Origin: Octopus sinensis
Lineage: Eukaryota
NCBI RefSeq assembly: GCF_006345805.1
Contig: NC_043008.1
Span: 28,272,001-28,336,000, forward strand
DNA length: 64,000 bases
Direction of reading: 5' to 3'
The stretch's first letter is position 1. Each line of letters begins with the position of its first letter. Positions 1 to 12,400 of the stretch are shown in pieces. Made by a program: the position numbers and the translations under genes. The notes below the pieces were generated by a model, which made no database searches, had not been told where the DNA came from, and worked only from the letters and a program-made list of their open reading frames with translations.

Positions 1-1590
1 CAAATGAACGAATGGTATCCCAACCACGTTTTACCTACACTGCGAATTTTCTGGCCTTGTGCAAAAAGTTAGAAACCAATAAAAATATAAGTATTCCAGT
101 AGGTCGTATTCTGTAGAATTTATGTCATCTCTTTATATATCAAAAACATCGGTTATTTCTCCTTCAAAAATTTAATTAAATTTTGTTGTTAATACGTCAA
201 TTTAGATTTTACCCATTAAGTCTCCTTGTATTTGTAGCGCTTCTGTATTTATGTTGCCTGTATTGGATATCACAGTTTCCACGTTAATTTTAGAAAAGAT
301 ATTCTATGATTATAAAATTTATCTTAAATCTATAGATAATAAATGCAATGTTTCCATAATAACAATAATTTTGATGGTGGTTCATGTGTAACTGGATGAA
401 GAACTACCAACTTAAGCCCTTTAAATTCTCCTACATTGTTTGCTTTGATAGAATTTAATAAAACGTAACACAGCTACGCTTGGTTAAAGCATTCCGCTTA
501 TTTGTCGCATATAGAAGTTAAAGATAAAAAAACGATGTATATGTAGATAAGAATTTTTAATATATGTCCCACAGGCTTTCTTTACACTTATCAAGATGAT
601 TATAGGAAAAGAAATATACATATATATGAAGGACGACAATAATTGGATGATACGAATGATATTCGTCATTACACCAGATTTTCTCTGCTATTCAGTGATT
701 ATCATATTTTGCAAGGAATCGGAAACATATATGCATGCATACACGATACGTTATAAAGAATTCATTCGAGTCATTAAGAAAACGATGGGACAATATAACC
801 TTTGGACTACAACCAGAGAGAGTTATGTTAATAAAAATGAAAATTATTTATATTGATTTGCATAATAATATTTGTGCTGAATAAAATTATTCTACCATTT
901 TCTTAAGTGAAATTGATGTTGGTGAATATTACGATGATTAAGTAGAAAAGGTAATAACAATGTAAACAACACTAGATTTGGAATGGAAATTTAACAAGTA
1001 AAAATCATGTACGCGCCAAATGAGAAAACTAAAAACCAATGGATGCCAACTTTACTTTATGTTTATTTTGTGAAGCTAACAAAACATCAAAAGGTTGACT
1101 AGAAGAAAAATTATACTTATTTAATATCCACGATATTTATACATAGATCACAGAAAAAAGATACTGATTTAATTCAAACACATACGATTGAAGTTCAGCC
1201 AAGAAAAAAGACACATTTTCAAATGCCTATGCTCTTTACGATTGCTTAAATTATAGAACATTGTTCCTAAACACGATGAGTCACACGCATTATTGAACCT
1301 TGTAATTAATGGTTGAAAATAAACATTGGAACTGAAGTACATATATATTTTTAAATATTACGAGTTTTCAAATGTCACGACCTGTCCAACCGATAATCAT
1401 TTATAACACCTAAAATAAGCACAAAGCGTGCTGTATTCTATATCAGTCACATACATAGTTAAATTTCTACTCTAACTCTCATCTTCGTAAATCTGTTGTA
1501 TGCCTTAAATTTCACCCTATTTCGACAATGCACTTCCCTAAAATTGCATGTTTATATGTTGTTTCAATATATAATATATATATATATATG

Positions 1591-1626
<36 letters not shown>

Positions 1627-1670
1627 ATGCTTGATAGAGAGATAGATAGACATTAGATATATTATGTATG

Positions 1671-1703
<33 letters not shown>

Positions 1704-1709
<6 letters not shown>

Positions 1710-1940
1710 TTGGCCATAAGTTACCTGACAGTAAATCAAAACCATTTAATTCCAAGAATTATTTACGTTTAACAATTGAGTGAATTTAAAAATAGCATCT
1801 AAATATGAAACGTCATGAAAATTGTTGAAACTGAAGTCCTTCTTGAGCGACATATTTTTCCATTCGAGTCAATACGTAATTACAGATATGTATTTATGGA
1901 ATTTTGACTTACTGTCGGACGACTTTTGGCCAATCTTGTA
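1704..1940. mobile_element. ~237-bp MITE with ~29-bp mariner/Tc1-like terminal inverted repeats
   Basis: 1704-1732 (TATATGGTTGGCCATAAGTTACCTGACAGT-like) is an imperfect reverse complement of 1911-1940 (ACTGTCGGACGACTTTTGGCCAATCTTGTA). TA dinucleotides flank it and the interior is non-coding. Confidence 0.6.
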
Positions 1941-1946
1941 TATATC

Positions 1947-3236
1947 TACAGATTTGGCAAGACAGTAATTTAGTTTTTCCAACAATATAATTACGAGTTA
2001 TTCTGTTGATTTTTACCAATGTTATGATTTTTTTCCTTTTTAACATTTGACAGCTGTTACTTTTATGTTACTAAAAAAGCAAATTACGCGTAATTTGGTT
2101 GACAGCAGTTAGTTAAGTGGCAATTTTAATATGGACTGTAAAATCGAATATTTTCTCCATATTTTGCTTTTTTTTATTTCGGTAAAGGCAAGAAAGCTGC
2201 TGAAGCTCAAGAGATATGTGAAGATTATGGTATTGATTGCTTAACAGAACGCACATATCAGAAATGGTTTTAAAAATTCCCTTCTGGGGATTTTTCACTC
2301 AAAGTTGACCAGCGTACTGGCCGACCTACTGAAGTTGCTGATAGCCGAATCAAAGCCATAAGTGAAGCTTACTGTCATATAACTCTCCAAGAGATTGCAG
2401 AGAGATGAAATATATCATATGTAGCAACTGAAAATCACCGAAAATCACTTAAAATATCTTGGGCTCATTCTGAAGCAAGATATTTGGGTTCGACATCAAT
2501 TGAAATAGATTAAATTAACAGAACAAATCAATATTTGTGATATGCATCTCAAACGGAATGAAGTCGACCTTTTTTTTAACGAATCATCACTGGTGATGAG
2601 ATCTGGATTGTCTACAATAACATCAGTCGAAAACGATCATGGTCCAAGCGTAATGAACTAGCACAAACCTCATCGAAAGCTGAATTGCATCAAGAAATGG
2701 TCATGCTGTCAGTTTATTGGGATTACAAAGGAGTGTATTATGAGCTGCTTCCAAGAAACCAAGCGATCATTTCAGATATTTACCGTCAACAACAAATAAA
2801 CCCGGAGGAAGCAATAACAGCAAAACAGCGAGAATTGGCAAATCGTAAATGAATCATGTTCCTTCATAGCAACGTTAGACGCCACACGTCTCTGCTAACT
2901 AGTGAAAATTATTGGAATTTGGTTGGGAAGTGATGTCACTTTCACCATATAGCCCTGACATTGCGCCACCAAATTACCGTTTATTTCGAAGTTTGCAAAA
3001 TTCTTTGAATGTTAAAACTTTCAATACAAATGATAACCTGAAGTCGCAATTGCTTCAGATTTTGACTGATAATGCCAAGAAGTTCTATAAGCAGGGGATC
3101 ATGAAGCAACCAGAAAGATGGCAACATATCATCAAACGAAATGGAAGATATATTATTGATTAAATTTCATTCTTTGTATGGAAAAAATGACTTTCATTTC
3201 ACACTGGGAAACCAAAAGTACTTTTTGCCTTGTTTC
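1947..3236 (+). mobile_element. Degenerate full-length mariner, mellifera-subfamily-like transposase pseudogene (ATG 2131 to TAA 3163)
   Basis: Manual translation gives MDCKIEYFLHILLF..GKKAAEA..ICEDYG..LTERTYQKWF, ITGDEIWIVYNN, VMLSVYWDYKGVYYELLP and YSPDIAPPNYRLFRSLQNSLN..ERWQHII..NGRYIID, with several stops and frameshifts. Imperfect TIRs lie at ~1950-1980 and ~3206-3236; length ~1.29 kb. Confidence 0.9.
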
Positions 3237-3584
3237 AAAGTGTACATGTGTCCGTATATTTGGATTGTAAGAGGGACTGTGTTTATATATGTATTGACGT
3301 TATGCAAGATTATGTACATTCACATGGATGCAAGTATGCTTGTATATATCGGAATTGATGCATACGTATATTTATATGTACTTCATTGGATGTACGTTTA
3401 CGGTGTGCAACGTATGTATATTTGTTAACGTATGAGTAGCTATGTATGTGAGTACATATGCATTTCGATGGTATAAAGTATGATTGGAGTTATAAATGTC
3501 TATTTATGTAAATATCTATCCAAGTCTTAACATAGAAATGAATGGTCTTTTGTACAACCACTTATTTAGTTTAGATAAACTAAT

Positions 3585-3975
3585 AGGCGCAGGAGTGGTG
3601 GTGTGGTAAGTAGCTTGCTTACCAACTACATGGTTCCGGGTTCAGTCCTACTGCGTGGCACCTTGGGTAAGTGTCTTCTACTATAGCCTCGGGCCGACCA
3701 AAGCCTTGTGGGTGGATTTGGTAGATGGAAACTGGAAGAAGCCCGTCGTTTATATGTATATATATATATATGTATGTATATGTTTGTGTGTCTGTGTTTC
3801 CCCCCCCCCACCATTGCTTGACAACCGTAACGTAGCGGTTCAGCAAAAGAGACTGATAGAATAAGTACTAGGCTTACAAAGAATAAGTCCTGGGGTCGAT
3901 TTACTCGATTAAAAGACGTTGCTCCAGCATGGCCGCAGTCAAATGACTAAAACAAGTAAAAGAGTAAAAGAGAGT
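3585..3975 (+). mobile_element. tRNA-derived SINE, family A
   Basis: Head GGCGCAGGAGTGG..TGTGGTAAG..GGTTCAGTCC has Pol III A/B-box-like motifs, an internal TA/TG microsatellite and an A-rich tail. Three more copies occur in the window. Confidence 0.85.
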
Positions 3976-3989
3976 AAGTGTAATATGAT

Positions 3990-4270
3990 TTATTTAACTA
4001 ATAATCAGACCTTCTATTGTTTACAACAGATCAAGCGGATAAGTTCAAATGAATTAACAAATTGGAACTAGCTTATGATTTACAATGACCGCTCCCTAAC
4101 ACCCAATATATTTTAAAATCTTTAATATACATAAAACAGAAGCATAAATTTTGTGGGTAAAATTCAGCTTTGACAAAAAGTTTGGAATTACTCTTTTGGA
4201 TTTTAAAATTGAATTTGTTTGCTTTACGTGGATGTATAAATAGAGAACTATATTCTGATTGTCTCATTTA
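3990..4270 (+). mobile_element. Possible 3' end of a Penelope-like (Naiad-type) ORF
   Basis: Frameshifted KLELAYDLQ*..ILKSLIY..ELLFWILKLNLFALRGCINRELYSDC resembles the C-terminus of the 9850-12400 PLE type. It is followed by HHR-bearing non-coding DNA. Confidence 0.35.
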
Positions 4271-4435
4271 TATGCTTACACGCATAGAATTTTGTATGAG
4301 CATGTATATATATATGTATTTGTATGAATATATATATATTGAATCTTGCATCGTGAATTTTTGATATGTTAGTAGACATTACTATAGTATGTATGACCTG
4401 TTGAAGATTATTATTAATACAATAATATTGTTAAG

Positions 4436-4887
4436 GTATACTAGCCATCTCAATATGGCTAACCACTAAGGGTGGGTGTTACTGTAGCTCTTAGCCCCAG
4501 GAGAACATCGTCTACAGCTCGCTGTAGACACATTTTCTCTGCCCTTATGGTATTTGCAAAGGGAGGTCATCCCTCTCTCGTGTTACTGTAGACAGTTTTT
4601 CGAAATCAGTGACGGAAGTTACTGGAAAAACAATAAATAAGTATTAGTAAACGGTCTCCCTTCATCGAAAACCGGTGATTCCCGTACGCCGAAGACAGGC
4701 AAATACCTAGAAACTGCAGTCCGTGCGTATCACATAGGTTGACGAGAGAAGGATGACCTCCCTTTGCAAATACCATAAGGGCACAGAAAGTCTGCATAAA
4801 GCCAGCTGGAGACGACGATCTCCTGGGGCTAAAATCTACAGTAACACCCACTCTTAGTGGTTAGCCATATTGAGATGGCTAGTATAC
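4436..4887. repeat. Fold-back element: 146-bp inverted arms around a 160-bp HHR-containing spacer
   Basis: 4436-4581 is the near-perfect reverse complement of 4742-4887. Confidence 0.9.
4683..4727 (+). ncRNA. Minimal type I hammerhead ribozyme motif (U4C core variant)
   Basis: CGTACG-CCGAAGA-C-AGG(CAAATA)CCT-A-GAAAC(TGCA)GTC-CGTGCG: 6-bp stem I, 3-bp stem II, palindromic stem III loop and a GUC cleavage triplet. Confidence 0.65.
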
Positions 4888-5200
4888 TTTACGTAATAAT
4901 ATTGTTGTTACTGATAAACATAGTAGTGCATGTACGTTCTAATATATTTATATACGTATATGACGCATTGTATATCCAATGTAATATATTGTTTAATGGT
5001 GTTCATTAATGTACTTTGTGCCTGTGAATAGTATATATGCTTTGCTTATGTATGTATGTGTATGTATATATGTATTTTTATATGTATATATATATATGTG
5101 TGTGTGTATTTGGATATTTGTTTATTGTTTGTTTTTATATATTAAGTAATACGTGCATCATATTTAGTATATTAATATTATTATTAATATTTTTTAAAGT

Positions 5201-5349
5201 TAATTATAACCGCTGACGAAGCCTATGGTTCGTTTAACATATAAGTATTACATTTTTAAATGCCTACAACCTTAGTATGTTGACATCTATAGGCAACGAA
5301 AATTAGATTCACTTTTGACCATAGGCTGAAACAGCTGTAAGAAATAATT
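5201..5349 (+). ncRNA. Type I hammerhead ribozyme motif with an 88-nt insertion in loop II
   Basis: CTGACGA (5213)-AGCCTATGGT...ACCATAGGCT (5318-5327)-GAAAC-AGCT-GTA. Stem II is a perfect 10 bp; stem I is only partial (AATTAT/ATAATT). Confidence 0.6.
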
Positions 5350-5521
5350 TTAGGATTTCATTAATTTATTATATGAATTTTAAAATCTGTATTTGTATTA
5401 TAATCTTATCTATTGATTTATATAATATTTTGTATGGTTTTGATATTCTCATTTGTAAATTGAATAAATAATCCATTATAATTTCACAAGTTGACGAACA
5501 AACTGAATTTGTTTTTCCACT

Positions 5522-5553
<32 letters not shown>

Positions 5554-5640
5554 TATTAGAGACAAAACCACTATTTTGCAAAACAAACAAGGAAAGACTT
5601 AATCAATACATAAAATTTTAATAAATAGTCAAAAAAACCG

Positions 5641-5683
5641 CCACTACAATCGTTTCTTGTCTTGATCGACAATCTTCAGGTGG
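5641..5683 (-). ncRNA. Intact minimal type I hammerhead ribozyme motif
   Basis: Minus strand reads CCAC-CTGAAGA-TTGTC(GATCAA)GACAA-GAAAC(GATT)GTA-GTGG. All core nucleotides are present and stems I, II and III pair. Confidence 0.8.
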
Positions 5684-5699
5684 ACTTCCATTCTAAAAA

Positions 5700-8600
5700 A
5701 TCAATATTTTAAAATATAAAAATAATAATTTTAAAATAATTAAAGTATGAATGAAAAAATATAAGTATATAATCCATATATAACCTATCTATAATACATA
5801 TATAATCAATATATAACAATATATAAACTAAAAAAACCTATCAACAATTAAATATAAAATATAAAATATAAAATATAAAATATAAAACAAAACAAAAAAA
5901 ATAAATAAATATAATAATAAACTATATATAACCCATACACATATACCTAATTATATATAACCATATCTAACTACATACACTAAATCACACACCTATATAT
6001 ATATCCCTATACATACACATAAAAATGTCTAGGCAACTATAAATAAATAAAATAGCTAAATACTTCAACACAATACTTATTCATACTCCCACACACACAC
6101 ACATACAAACCCACATTCACGCTCTAGAAAACGGACATCACTCAAAACTATGAACGGAGAAATGGAATAAATGGAATTAAAAATTATATTCACTTGGTAA
6201 AACGAACACTACTTAAAAATATGAATGAAACAATGCAATAAAACAACAGACATCGGAAATAGACACAAATTACTACAAATTCCTTATCAAACCTACCATG
6301 ATAACCAAAACTCATAAAAACATATAATGATAAAATCTCCCTTTACTAAACTCTATAACAAACCTATATAGCAATCCCCCTAACCTAAACATTCACACAC
6401 AAATACACACACGTAAACCACACACCCACGACATATACAAATACCCACACCACTTACACATACCAATACATACATATAAACCTCAACATATACTCCAAAA
6501 ACCCACTCAACCCCACACAGACAAATAAACACAAAAATTATGAATGGATTCTTTTATAAAACTACCATGATAAGCTAAAACTCACAAAACAGAAATGATA
6601 AAACCTCCCTTTACTAAACACTAAAACATACTTATATAGCAATTCCTTTAACCTATACATTCACACACAAAACCACTCGTAAACCACACACCCATAACAA
6701 ATACAAACTCCCACCCCACTCACACACACCCACAAGTACATATAAGCCTCAACATATACACCAAACAAAATTACTTTACCAAGGAACTTAACATATATAT
6801 AAAAAGTATAACCGCTCTGGAAACGAACATCTCTAAATTAATGAATGGAAAATGGAATAAATGGAATTAAAAATAAAATTCACGTGGCAAAACGAACACC
6901 ACTCAAAAATTATGAATGAAACAATATAATAAAACAACCAACATCGAAAATAGACAAATTACTACGAATTCCCTAAAAAAAACCATGATAAACCAAAACT
7001 CTTAAAAAACATATAACGATAAAATCTCCCTTTGCTAAACTCTATAACAAACCTATATAGTAATCCCCCTAACCTAAACATTCACACACAAAAACACACG
7101 TAAACCACAGACCCACGACTTATACACATACCTAAACTAACTTATAAACCTCCATATACACCAAAACCCACTCCTCCCACACAGACAAATTAACTCATAC
7201 ATCCCAAAACCTAAATAACAAACCCATATACACATTCACACACAAACACACACACACGCAAAACACACACACACAACAGATACATATACTCCCTCACATA
7301 TACGCATATACATACTCACTAAACTCGATATATACAACAATATTACACACCCACACTCATACAGATAAATAAATTATACAACTAAAAACTCGCACACAAT
7401 CTCATATACATAAACACTCCTATGAAAACAACATTAAATACATCGTAATTAACCAGAATATCAAAAATAACAATATGACATAAAGGTAAATAAAATACAT
7501 ACTTACAATTCAGTGTCAAATTATGAAGTGAAATTAAATTCTTAGCCGTTAAAAAAATCAAACCAAAATTACGTTACCATAGAAATAACTTATGTAAAAA
7601 AACAACTTGCAGTAACCCAAACCCATTCTCTATGCCTACCTCACTACTACACTATTCCATTCACAATTCCAAACAACGCTAGTCCACCTCCCGGTTATTC
7701 ACGTGGCAAAACGAACACCACTCAAAAATTATTAATGAAACAATGTAATAAAACAACCAACATCGAAAATAGACAAATTACCACGAATTCCCTAAAAAAA
7801 AACCATGATAAACCAAAACTCCTAAAAACATATAACGATAAATCTCCCTTTGCTAAACTCTATAACAAACCTATATAGCAATCTCCCTAACCTAAACATT
7901 CACACACAAATACACACTCGTAAACCACAGACCCACGACTTATACACATACCTATACTAACTTATAAACCTCAATATACACCAAAACCCACTCCTCCCAC
8001 ACAGACAATTTAACACATACATCCCAAAACCTAAATAACAAACCCATATACACATTCACACACAAACACACACACACGCAAAACACACACACACAACAGA
8101 TACATATACTCCCTCACATATACGCATATACATACTCACTAAACTCGATATATACAACAATATTTACACACCCACACTCATACAGATAAATAAAAATACA
8201 ACTAAAAACTCGCACACAATCTCATATACATAAACACACCTATGAAAACAACATTAAATACATCGTAATTAACCAGAATATCAAAATAACAATATGACAT
8301 AAGGATAAATAAAATACATACTTACAATTCAGTGTCAAATTATGAAGTGAAATTAAATTCTTAGCCGTTAAAAAAATCAAACCAAAATTACGTTACCATA
8401 GAAAAAACTTATGTAAAAGAAGAATACGCGCCATGGAAAGTAAACGTCATTTAAATTATGAATGGAGAAATAGAAAAATGCAACTAAAAACTATATCCAC
8501 GTGGCAAACCAACACTACTTAAAAAAATTTATTATGAATGGATTCTTTAAAAAACTACCATGAAAAATCATTATATACATCTATGAGCTTTAGCTCACCT

Positions 8601-9700
8601 TAGCAGCTCTAACAAACAACTTGCAGTAACCGAAACCCATTCTCTATGCCTACCTCACTACTACACTATTCCATTCACAATTCCAAGCAACGCTAGTCCA
8701 CCACCCGGTTATTCACGTGGCAAAACGAACACCACTCAAAAATTATGAATGAAACAATGTAATAAAACAACCAACATCGAAAATAGACAAATTACCACGA
8801 ATTCCCTAAAATAACATGATAAACCAAAACTCATAAAAACATATAACGATAAATCTCCCTTTGCTAAACTCTATAACAAACCTATATAGTAATCCCCCTA
8901 AACCTAACATTCACACACAAATACACACTCGTAAACCACAGACCCCGACTTATACACATACCTATCCTAATTTATAAACCTCAATATACACCAAAACCCA
9001 CTCCCTCCCCACACAGACAAATTAACACATACATTCCAAAACCTAAATAACAAGCCCATATACACATTCACACACAAACACACACACACACAAAAAACAC
9101 ACACACACAACAGATACATATACTCCCTCACATATACTCATATATATACTCACTAAACTCGATATATACAACAATATTTACACACCCACACTCATACAGA
9201 TAAATGAAATATACAACTAAAAACTCACACACAATCTCATATACATAAACACTCCTATGAAAACAATATTAAATACATCGTAATTAACCAGAATATCAAA
9301 ATAACAATATGACATAAGGATAAATAAAATACATACTACAAGTCAATTTCAAATAATGAAGTGAAATTAAATTCTATCCACGTAGCAAACCAACACTACG
9401 TAAAAAAATTTATATGAATGGATTCTTTAAAAAACTACCATGAAAAATCATTATATACATTATGAGCTTTAGCTCACCCTAGCAGCTCTAAAAAACAGCC
9501 TACAGCAACCCAACCTATTCCCGATGCCTACCTCACTACCACACTAATCAATTCCCAATTCCAAGCAACGCTAGTCCACCACCCGGTTACAATCCCAACT
9601 CCACCCATTCATTCACAATTTCAACGACATTCGCCTCCACAACGCTACATATAAGCCTCAACATATACACCGGAGATACACTTACACATCCGTGCGGATG
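5700..9700. repeat. Strand-biased (A/C-rich, G-poor) mosaic tandem array with ~0.8-1.0-kb units
   Basis: GTGGCAAAACGAACACCACTCAAAAATTAT recurs at ~6884, 7702 and 8718; CAACGCTAGTCCACC recurs at ~7675, 8690 and 9566. No ORF appears in the supplied track. Confidence 0.85.
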
Positions 9701-9729
9701 GGTGAGAGTACACTTATATATATATAATC

Positions 9730-9776
<47 letters not shown>

Positions 9777-9849
9777 ATATATAATATATATATATGGTGT
9801 TAAACACAAGTATTATTAAAATCTGTATACTTCCCATGTATGTTTAGAA

Positions 9850-12400
9850 GAAAATATTGGTATTATTTCATAACCTGCAAAGAAAATAGTAAACACATGA
9901 AGTTATTTGATATAAATGCATCTCTTTAGGATGAACCCATTCCTCCCAAAGAAGGTTTTCCTAAAGCAGCTCATTAGTAAGACAAACGCCTTTATTAACC
10001 ATATTAATCGCTTGCTTTCTTCTTCGACAATAAAGACATTAAAGAACTCTCGAACGATCTAACTTCCGAATTCATGAAATTGTGTAAATCTAAAAACAAT
10101 TCCATCGAGAAGAATGTGAAATTCCAACGTTCACCCTTAAGGAATAAACAGCTGAGGTATCTTCACAATATCACCAAAGAAATTCATAACATAGATGGGA
10201 TACTGGTTCAATCGGATAAAACAGGAAACTTATACTGGTTCTCAAGGATTACTACCTAGAATTGCTTAGAAAAGAAATACAAAAGAATTATAGGATTACT
10301 GGTAAAAGTGCAATCAGGAATGCCAACTAAGAAAATTATAGAGAAATATGACTTACCGTTAAAAAAAATCTCGTTTTATTTTTAAAGATCACAACCAAAT
10401 TATTTTTTAATAACTCAGCCCAGCTCTGGTATCGGTGTACTTAGCAAAAATATTCTAGATAAATTTATTCCTACATTAGTTAAAAAAATTAAAGCTTAAT
10501 TTATGGTCTAATTCATTCCAAGTGGTCGACTGGTTTAATGCTATTAATAACAAGAATTGTACTAAGTTTATCCTGTTCGACATTTCTAGTTACTATTGCT
10601 ACATTAACCTAAATGTTTTCAACTAGGCACTCTGGCTCGCACACAGCAAAGCAGGTCTCATCAAGGTTGAAATTAATGTCATGTTAGAAAATCTATTATT
10701 AAATTTGTTAACAAGCTGTGGATCCGTAAATATACGCCCGACGGTTTTCATGTCACGATTTTAAGTTTTGATTCATCACAAATCGCTGATTTGGTCAATA
10801 TATACCCTTTATGGGATGGCTGACCAATTCTCAAACATCAATGGAGGTATATACCCTGATTATTATCTACTCTACCTTGAAAATGCTTCAAACCAAAAAT
10901 TACAAATCGTTACATACAGATTGGTTTTTTTCCGAAACATGGATATTAAACATTGGATATACCATGCGCCATATACGTATATAAATATATTAGAACGTAC
11001 ATGCACTACTATGTTTATCAGTAACAACAATATTATTACGTAAAGTATACTAGCCATCTCAATATGGCTAACCACTAAGAGTGGGTGTTACTGTAGCTTT
11101 TAGCCCCAGGAGATCATCGTCTCCAGCTGGCTTTATGCAGACTTTCTGTGCCCTTATGGTACTTGCAAAGGGAGGTCATCCCTCTCTCGTCAACCTAAGT
11201 GATACGCATGGACTGCAGTTTCTAGGTATTTGCCTGTCTTCGGCGTACGGGAATCACCGGTTTTCGATGAAGGGAGACCGTTTGCAAATTTTTATCGTCG
11301 GTGATATAACTAAAGCCAACTATTTGGATATTATCCTTGACTTACATAATAATTTATATTTCCCATACAATAAACCTTCAACTAATTTAATATATATTAG
11401 CTCTTTTTGTAATCACTCAAAAGCTATTAAAAGGATAAAGGCAGAATTTGTAACGCTGCCTTACTTAAAACAGACTATAAAGAAAAGAATTATCTATATT
11501 AACTCTATTGATATTAATCCTACCTCTATTAATCGGGACGTGAAATCAAGTCATAAGTTTAAGACAAATTTACATTTTAGCTCGAATAACAACACTAAAT
11601 CGAGAAATGTGATTTTGCAGCGAAAAGGAGATAACCGTTCTTTAAGACCCTTTTTCGTTATAAAAGTACATCTAGGAATTTTAAAGATAATTCCTCTATT
11701 AACAAGGTACGTCTTAGCAAAACAGTTTCATTGATAATTCCACATGTTAAACAGATTAACTCCAATCTCCCTTATCAGTTTCGTGAAGCTATAGATAAGA
11801 ATTTCCTAAAAGATTCAAGATAGAATTCCATTATCAATCTACACCGAATCAGAATAGATTATTCCAAAAACCTTTTAGAAATCATATCTTCGCATAACAA
11901 TAAGTTGTTAAATGTAAATTCACTTAATGAAAACAATAACATTGATATTATTAACATTAACCCTCCTTTGAACAATAATAACAAAAATATTAGTACTTTG
12001 GATATAAATTCCAATTCCATTCGTTTCCTTAGTAGTAATTCTAAGACTAGAAATTCTGTTTATCAATCTAAATTTTCTTCCGGTACGGCCGTTTTAATTT
12101 TTTTTTATATATACTTAGTTCTTCATCACAGTTGTCCGAAATAATATCTAACCATTACTCTTCATTTAGACATATATATATATATAAGTCCAACAATACT
12201 GGGCTTAGTAAATTAATTTGGTCTCAAAAGGAACAAAGTAAACAATTTGATTTGGAATGGAATATTCCTTATGATAAAGGTGAATCTCTTTGCTTCCTCT
12301 GTAACGATGAACTGTATTTCATCCTGTTCTCAGAGAATCCTCTTGAAAATACGTTTAAAGAACATGAGTACCGTTGCAATCATTGGAAAAAAATATACCT
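9850..12400 (+). mobile_element. Degenerate Penelope-like retroelement (RT plus C-terminal GIY-YIG; Naiad-like), interrupted and rearranged
   Basis: QSDKTGNLY; NLWSNSFQVVDWFNAINNKNCTKFILFDISSYY; GGIYPDYYLL (GLYRDDGL-like); NYLDIILDLHNNLYFPYNKP..IYISSFCNH; IDKNF..IISSHNNKLL; NSVYQSK..NHYSSFRH..NTGLSKLIW..LEWNI..CFLCNDE. Confidence 0.8.
10951..11283 (-). mobile_element. Inverted ~333-bp copy of 4649-4981 (HHR + arm + flank) inserted into the PLE RT
   Basis: It is the near-identical reverse complement of 4649-4981, includes an HHR motif at 11205-11249 (-), and splits the RT between FFRNMD and LQIFI. Confidence 0.85.

Noticed and set aside
5700-9700. CRISPR-like or coding-repeat interpretation of the tandem array
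   Set aside because: The units are ~1 kb, have no unique spacers, lack ORFs, and the context is eukaryotic.
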